Positions 42,057-46,787 of a DNA stretch of 46,787 bases are shown one piece after another. Each line of letters starts with the position of its first letter. Position 1 is the first letter of the stretch. The stretch lies in sequence record SRR22947725_501. One strand, 5' to 3'. The position numbers and the translations under genes were made by a program. The notes under the pieces were generated by a model. The model made no database searches. It was not told where the DNA came from and was given only the letters and a program-made list of their open reading frames with translations.

Positions 42057-43013
42057 ATGAAATACTTACAGTTTCTTTTAATTCTAGTTTGCCTAAGTTC
42101 TAGCGCTGCAGAAAAAATGACCGGTAAGTACGGCCGAGATTATTTTGTGGAATTACCAGAAGGCTTTGATGCCAATAAAAAATATTGGCTTTTTGTTCTC
42201 GTTCATGGCGCCGGAGGTAATGGCGAAAAGACAATTGGCGGTGCTAAGAAATATAACTTCCAAGATCAGTGTATAACGGTGGCACCATCCTTTCCCTTGA
42301 ACCCTAAAGAGGGTGGGTACTATCAAATCCTTGGTGGCAATGCCGATAAGCAGCTAATTGAGATATTTAAGGCGCTTGGTAAGAAGTACAAGTTGCATGA
42401 CCGCATGCTTTTATGGGGCTTTTCAGGCGGATCTCAATTTACACACAGATTTGCCATGAAACACCATAAGTATGTTCTCGCCTGTTCGTCTCATTCTGGC
42501 GGCAGCTGGGGGAAAGTCTCTAGTTCTGCATCATATATTCCCATGGCAATTTCTTGTGGCGAACAAGATACCAAGAAATCAGTTTCGAGTTCGCCTATGG
42601 GGCGTCTTGATTGGTTTAGATCATTCCGCAATGATATGATAAAAAGAAAGATGTTTTTTGTTGGCCAAGTACGAGTCGGTGAAGGTCATGGAGCGGGCCC
42701 ATGGTGTCGAGAGATAACAGAAGAATTATTTACTCTAGCAACAACGGGCCTGTACCCAAGTCAAAAAGAAGCGTTTGATAAAGAGTACGCCAAAGTTGCC
42801 AGTCAGGGAGCTGCCGCCTTGAGTCGTCTTCGCAGCTTTTCTCCTCCTAAATTAAAATACAGCTCACAGCCGGTAAATGATACAGATACCGCTCAAAAGA
42901 AGAAGTATAAAAAATCGATAAATGAGTACGGGTTTACGACAAGTAGTAAAGGAGAGCGCTTTCTAAAAGAACGCTTTCTTTATTACCTGAAAGAAGTTTT
43001 ACCTCAAAAATAG
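42057..43013 (+). CDS. secreted alpha/beta hydrolase (esterase-like)
   Basis: Signal peptide, VLVHGAGG, nucleophile GFSGG, CGEQD, GEGH. Confidence 0.75.
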   Translation: MKYLQFLLILVCLSSSAAEKMTGKYGRDYFVELPEGFDANKKYWLFVLVHGAGGNGEKTIGGAKKYNFQDQCITVAPSFPLNPKEGGYYQILGGNADKQLIEIFKALGKKYKLHDRMLLWGFSGGSQFTHRFAMKHHKYVLACSSHSGGSWGKVSSSASYIPMAISCGEQDTKKSVSSSPMGRLDWFRSFRNDMIKRKMFFVGQVRVGEGHGAGPWCREITEELFTLATTGLYPSQKEAFDKEYAKVASQGAAALSRLRSFSPPKLKYSSQPVNDTDTAQKKKYKKSINEYGFTTSSKGERFLKERFLYYLKEVLPQK

Positions 43014-43111
43014 CCGCAGCTTATTTTTAAAATATTTTTGCTTGCTTGTCCTATAAAATCTTGATTCTGTCTTCCCCACTCGTCATATTAAATTAACTAG
43101 TGGGGATATTT

Positions 43112-43729
43112 ATGAATGATGACACAGTAAGGGTCTTGAAATCGGAAGAGCTTTTCCAGGAGTTTTTAGACCTTAAAAGAGGTAAGGAACAGCTCAAGCA
43201 ACAAGAAGCAGAGATTCTTCGAGAAAAGGAAGAGATTGAACGGGTTAAAAGTTCTGTAGATTATTTAAAGCTTTTACATGAGAAGTCTCAGTTAGAAGCC
43301 CAGCAAAATGATGTGGATGAGGAGAACGACGCTTCATTAAAAGTTCACCTCTACGCATCTCAATGGCAGGCCCATCAGCTGCAAGATCAACTTGAGCTAT
43401 TAAATACAGTTTTAAGTATGTCTCCATATGTATTTTTACTGGTGGACTTAGAACATATGCATATCACATGGGCCAGTAAAAACGTGAAAAGGCTTTTGGG
43501 CTTTTCTCGGTCACAACTAAAGAATGTTAAGTTAAAAGAATTATTTGTGCCACCAGAACATGACCTACGCGTAAAAGATAATTTTGTTATGGCTCAACCG
43601 GTTATAAAAGAAGATGGCTCAAAAGTTTGGGTAGATTTGTCATTTCAACTACAGGTCTCAAAACAGATTGAAGGCGCATTGATAACTTGTCACCCTGTTT
43701 CAGAGCGCTTTGAGGCCTTTAAGGTTTAG
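43112..43729 (+). CDS. coiled-coil plus PAS-domain protein
   Basis: Q/E/K-rich helical N-half; ITWAS...LLGFS...KEDGSKVWVDLS is PAS/PAC-like; ATG 43112 after GGGGA. Confidence 0.65.
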   Translation: MNDDTVRVLKSEELFQEFLDLKRGKEQLKQQEAEILREKEEIERVKSSVDYLKLLHEKSQLEAQQNDVDEENDASLKVHLYASQWQAHQLQDQLELLNTVLSMSPYVFLLVDLEHMHITWASKNVKRLLGFSRSQLKNVKLKELFVPPEHDLRVKDNFVMAQPVIKEDGSKVWVDLSFQLQVSKQIEGALITCHPVSERFEAFKV

Positions 43730-43732
43730 TAG

Positions 43733-45727
43733 TTATTTTGGTAGATATACCAGTTTGATTGAATGGGGTCTATGTTGAACATTGATTGCTGTGAATTGAC
43801 CTGGAGATAGGTAGACCTCTTTTATTTCCTTGGTGGAATTGTGGGGGTGTAAATCGCTTACTTTTGTCTGGCGAATATCGACTTTGTTGACATTTGCACC
43901 TTCAATTTGGCCGAGAGATTCTATACTAGTTTGGCGAATGTCGAGGCTGTCAATTTTAAGGAAACGTATAAAAGACAGTCCAGAGGATTCGCTGCTGGTT
44001 CCTTTAAGGGAGTGGAGTTTCTTTCCTCTCAATGTTAAAGTCAAATTTTGTGAATTGTAAGTAATGCCCCGAGGGTCCCACTCTGGATTCCAGCATTTTA
44101 GAATTTGTTTAACCAGTTCAGTAGAAGTAAAGACGGGTTTCCGTACATCAAACATATAGCAGATGGCTCGTTCTATACACTGCTTTTTAAGCTGATTCTG
44201 TCCTCTTGGCAGGGTGGTAAGATCTTTAATGAAAGCAATAAAATCTTTTTCATTTAACAGGCCAAATGAATTTCTGGAGTTGTTCTGATATTTTTTTGCC
44301 AGTGATTTGAGCATTCCGTAGCGATGTTCTGGATAATTTTGAATTTCAGCAAATTTTTGAGAAATAAACAGATTGAGGACAATAAGACTGGAAATATTTT
44401 TTTGGTTTTTACCCTGCGTCAATTGACCCTTGAGGATTTTCAGAGATTCTGTAGCTGCTTTTTGAGGTGAATTGTAGAAACGCGGCGCAGTCATGAGGTC
44501 TGTTGCCAACTTGAGTTCCTTATCGAGCAACTCAGAATACATTTTTTCTTTTTGTATCTTTTCTTTAAAGTAGAGTTTTTGGGTTTCTTCTTTTTGTTTG
44601 TGCAGATTTATTTCATTTCTTTGTGCTTCTTGCAAATAAGCGTAGGCCTTTCTCAATTCTTTAAGGGCTTCTTCAGTCGAGTTCTTACCTTGCTGTATTT
44701 CAATAAGAAAAAAAACTGCAGAAGCCATGAGGATACTACTTGCTAAAAAGGAGATAAAACAGATTTGTCTATTGCGGCGAATCAACAGGTTAAGTTCAGT
44801 GAGAAAACCAGCGTTTTCGGCTGTCGTTGAGTGCCCGTTTAAAAATTGACTTATCTCATGTTTCAAGTTTTCTACACTTCTATACCGCTTATCAGGATTT
44901 GGGGCCATCGATTTCTCGACGACAGCATTGAGACTTTTGGAAATTTTTAATTGAGGGAATCTTTCTGCAGGTGTCGGTATTTTTCCCAGTTCAGTAGAAT
45001 CAATGACGGTGTCGATCCCGCCGGCGATAGGGGCTTTTTCAGTTATCAGGCTATAGAGAATCGCTCCTAAGGCAAATAGATCAGTGCGGCAGTCGAGTTG
45101 CGCTCCTTTCTCAAGTTGTTCGGGAGCCATATAGCCGGGGGTACCGCTGACTTTTTCGGTTACGAGTTGATTCTCGACGCTTTGGCTGAGACCCCAGTCA
45201 CAAAGCTGGACTTCCCCGTATTCTCCAACCTGAATATTTTCTGGCTTCAGATCGAGGTGAAGAATTTTTTGTGAATGAGCGTAAGCAACGGCATCGCAAA
45301 CTTTGGTAAAGATTTCGAGGCGCTCTTTCAAAGTCCTCCGTTGCTTTTTGATAATATCAGCTAAAGAGTCCCCGACTTTGAGCTCCATAGTAAAGAAGGG
45401 TTGTTGTTCTTCAGTGACACCGTAGTCGAAAACTGTGATAATGTTGGGGTGCCGCAAAGAAGCAGTTAGATTGACTTCTTTGAGAAAAGCTTCGCACAGT
45501 TCTTCTGGTAGATTGTCTTTAAGTTCGGCTAGAGCGACTTCTCGGTTAAGTTTACTGTCAAATACTTTGAAAATGTTTTTGAGGCCCCCGGCCGCCAGGA
45601 ACTCTTTGTCCGTATAGCGATTGTAGTGTAATTGATTTTCTTCCTGTTGCTCTTCCCAGTTATCTTCGAAGTCATCTTCACAGAAGCGGGCGAGGAGTTC
45701 GTCTGGAGTTTTATCAGTTCGGCTCAT
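43733..45727 (-). CDS. membrane-anchored Hanks-type Ser/Thr protein kinase
   Basis: HPNII, HLDLKPEN, DWG, GTPGYMAPEQ, DLFALG; TM segment ICFISFLASSILMASAVFFL; LRR-like C-terminus (LDIRQTSI, VDIRQTKV). Confidence 0.92.
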   Translation of the reverse strand: MSRTDKTPDELLARFCEDDFEDNWEEQQEENQLHYNRYTDKEFLAAGGLKNIFKVFDSKLNREVALAELKDNLPEELCEAFLKEVNLTASLRHPNIITVFDYGVTEEQQPFFTMELKVGDSLADIIKKQRRTLKERLEIFTKVCDAVAYAHSQKILHLDLKPENIQVGEYGEVQLCDWGLSQSVENQLVTEKVSGTPGYMAPEQLEKGAQLDCRTDLFALGAILYSLITEKAPIAGGIDTVIDSTELGKIPTPAERFPQLKISKSLNAVVEKSMAPNPDKRYRSVENLKHEISQFLNGHSTTAENAGFLTELNLLIRRNRQICFISFLASSILMASAVFFLIEIQQGKNSTEEALKELRKAYAYLQEAQRNEINLHKQKEETQKLYFKEKIQKEKMYSELLDKELKLATDLMTAPRFYNSPQKAATESLKILKGQLTQGKNQKNISSLIVLNLFISQKFAEIQNYPEHRYGMLKSLAKKYQNNSRNSFGLLNEKDFIAFIKDLTTLPRGQNQLKKQCIERAICYMFDVRKPVFTSTELVKQILKCWNPEWDPRGITYNSQNLTLTLRGKKLHSLKGTSSESSGLSFIRFLKIDSLDIRQTSIESLGQIEGANVNKVDIRQTKVSDLHPHNSTKEIKEVYLSPGQFTAINVQHRPHSIKLVYLPK

Positions 45728-46317
45728 TTAAGTTCTATAAGCTGTCTAAGTTGTGCGACTTCTTTCTTGAGGCGGGCTTTGACCCGGCTGCGCAGGACAA
45801 AAACACTGTCTTTGGAGATCCCCAGTTTAGAAGCAATTTGTTCAGCGCTTATCTCCTCTAAACTCAATTTAAAAACTTCTATGGCTTTTCCAGAGAAAAC
45901 CTCTTCTAGTTTCTTCATAGCAACTGATGAAACATAGGTCATCCATTCCTGGTGAATCACTTCTTCAATAGCCGACTCGGAAGCAATCTCGACTTCTTCA
46001 AGGTAGCTGTCATGCCGCTCACTTTTATTCTTGTAGTGCTTGATATGAGTGATGACGGTATTGCGGATTACCGTGCTCAACCAGGTGCGAAAACGGGCTT
46101 TCTCTTTCTCGTAGGCATAGTTGGGCAGGCCCTTCCAAATGCGTAGAAGAACCGTTTGAATGAGATCGTTCTCATCATTTAAAGAGATATTGGCTTTGCG
46201 TAGAACCATTTTAATGAAGGATTCGTAGTAGGAAACAAAATCATCCCAGGCCTGATGATCATTAGGATCCTGAACCCTTTGAATCAGGGTCTTCTGAGTA
46301 TTCCAGTTATCGTTCAT
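45724..46317 (-). CDS. ECF sigma factor associated with the kinase
   Basis: TQKTLIQR, AWDDFVSYY, region 2 RFRTWL, region 4 IASKLGISKDSVFVLRSRVKARL; ATGA overlap with the kinase. Confidence 0.9.
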   Translation of the reverse strand: MNDNWNTQKTLIQRVQDPNDHQAWDDFVSYYESFIKMVLRKANISLNDENDLIQTVLLRIWKGLPNYAYEKEKARFRTWLSTVIRNTVITHIKHYKNKSERHDSYLEEVEIASESAIEEVIHQEWMTYVSSVAMKKLEEVFSGKAIEVFKLSLEEISAEQIASKLGISKDSVFVLRSRVKARLKKEVAQLRQLIELK

Positions 46318-46559
46318 ATTAACACCTCACATTCACTTAACACATCTAATAGATAATATACAAAATTAGAAATTATTACGAAATTTTAGCTTAATTAATT
46401 TGAGCCGTTTTATAGGTGACCACAATTTATTTCCCTGACTTTGAGGCCGATCCGTTACAGGAAGGTCTATATTTTTTCGAAAAATATAAAACTATTGTTA
46501 AGTATGATCGAAGTCATTTAGTTAGAGAGTATGAAAGTCTGTATGTGAATAAATGTGAG

Positions 46560-46787
46560 ATGAGTGTGAAGAAAGAATTTACTTTAATAGAATTATTAGT
46601 CGTAGTGGCGGTCATTGGTATATTGGCCTCCTTGTTACTCCCATCGCTGAGTAGTGCCAGGACCCGAGCAGTGGAGACCCTTTCCGTTTCAAATTTGAAG
46701 CAGATTTACATAGGTGTTTTCAATTATTCGAGTGAAAATGACGGATATGTACCGCGACCGACAAATTTCACGACCAATAAGCATTGG
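46560..46787 (+). CDS. prepilin-type N-terminal domain protein (5' part, runs off window; not in ORF track)
   Basis: Hand translation MSVKKEFTLIELLVVVAVIGILASLLLPSLSSARTRAVETLSVSNLKQIYIGVFNYSSENDGYVP... Confidence 0.88.
   Translation, partial: MSVKKEFTLIELLVVVAVIGILASLLLPSLSSARTRAVETLSVSNLKQIYIGVFNYSSENDGYVPRPTNFTTNKHW

Noticed and set aside
46454-46459. Shared TGTAAC ECF -35 element (minus strand here, and 34678 upstream of the first prepilin gene)
   Set aside because: Only a 6-mer with no shared -10; compatible with chance

Overview
Bacterial chromosomal window, most likely from the PVC superphylum and probably Lentisphaerae. That call is inferred from non-Gly prepilin-like proteins, an ECF sigma/Ser-Thr kinase pair, a ThuA-propeller-cytochrome c protein and the gene order. 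The left arm (1-10.6 kb) holds a partial tRNA-Gly, fbaA, a Sel1-repeat protein, larB-folC, a PilT/PilU ATPase, a caspase-like lipoprotein, a stand-alone rplU and a GH78-like gene. The core (10.8-31.3 kb) is rpsA, tRNA-Thr, tuf, rpmG (missed by the ORF track), tRNA-Trp, secE, nusG, rplKAJL, rpoBC, rpsL, rpsG, fusA, rpsJ, rplCDWB and rpsS; the S10 operon stops after rpsS at a strong terminator. The right arm (31.4-46.8 kb) holds purB, a GHL10/YddW-like hydrolase, two prepilin-like genes, a LacI-enolase-ThuA/cytochrome c cluster, an alpha/beta hydrolase, a PAS protein and an ECF sigma/kinase pair. The best novelty candidate is an unannotated ~105-nt RNA (about 34455-34559) with its own predicted promoter, two hairpins with complementary loops and a terminator. 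Other notable points are an EF-G with a degenerate domain IV, RpoB H526A-equivalent and RpsL K88R-equivalent residues, the caspase-fold lipoprotein and recurrent 16-bp-spacer promoters. No CRISPR array, IS element, prophage or rRNA was seen. All assignments come from reading motifs by eye, without database searches.
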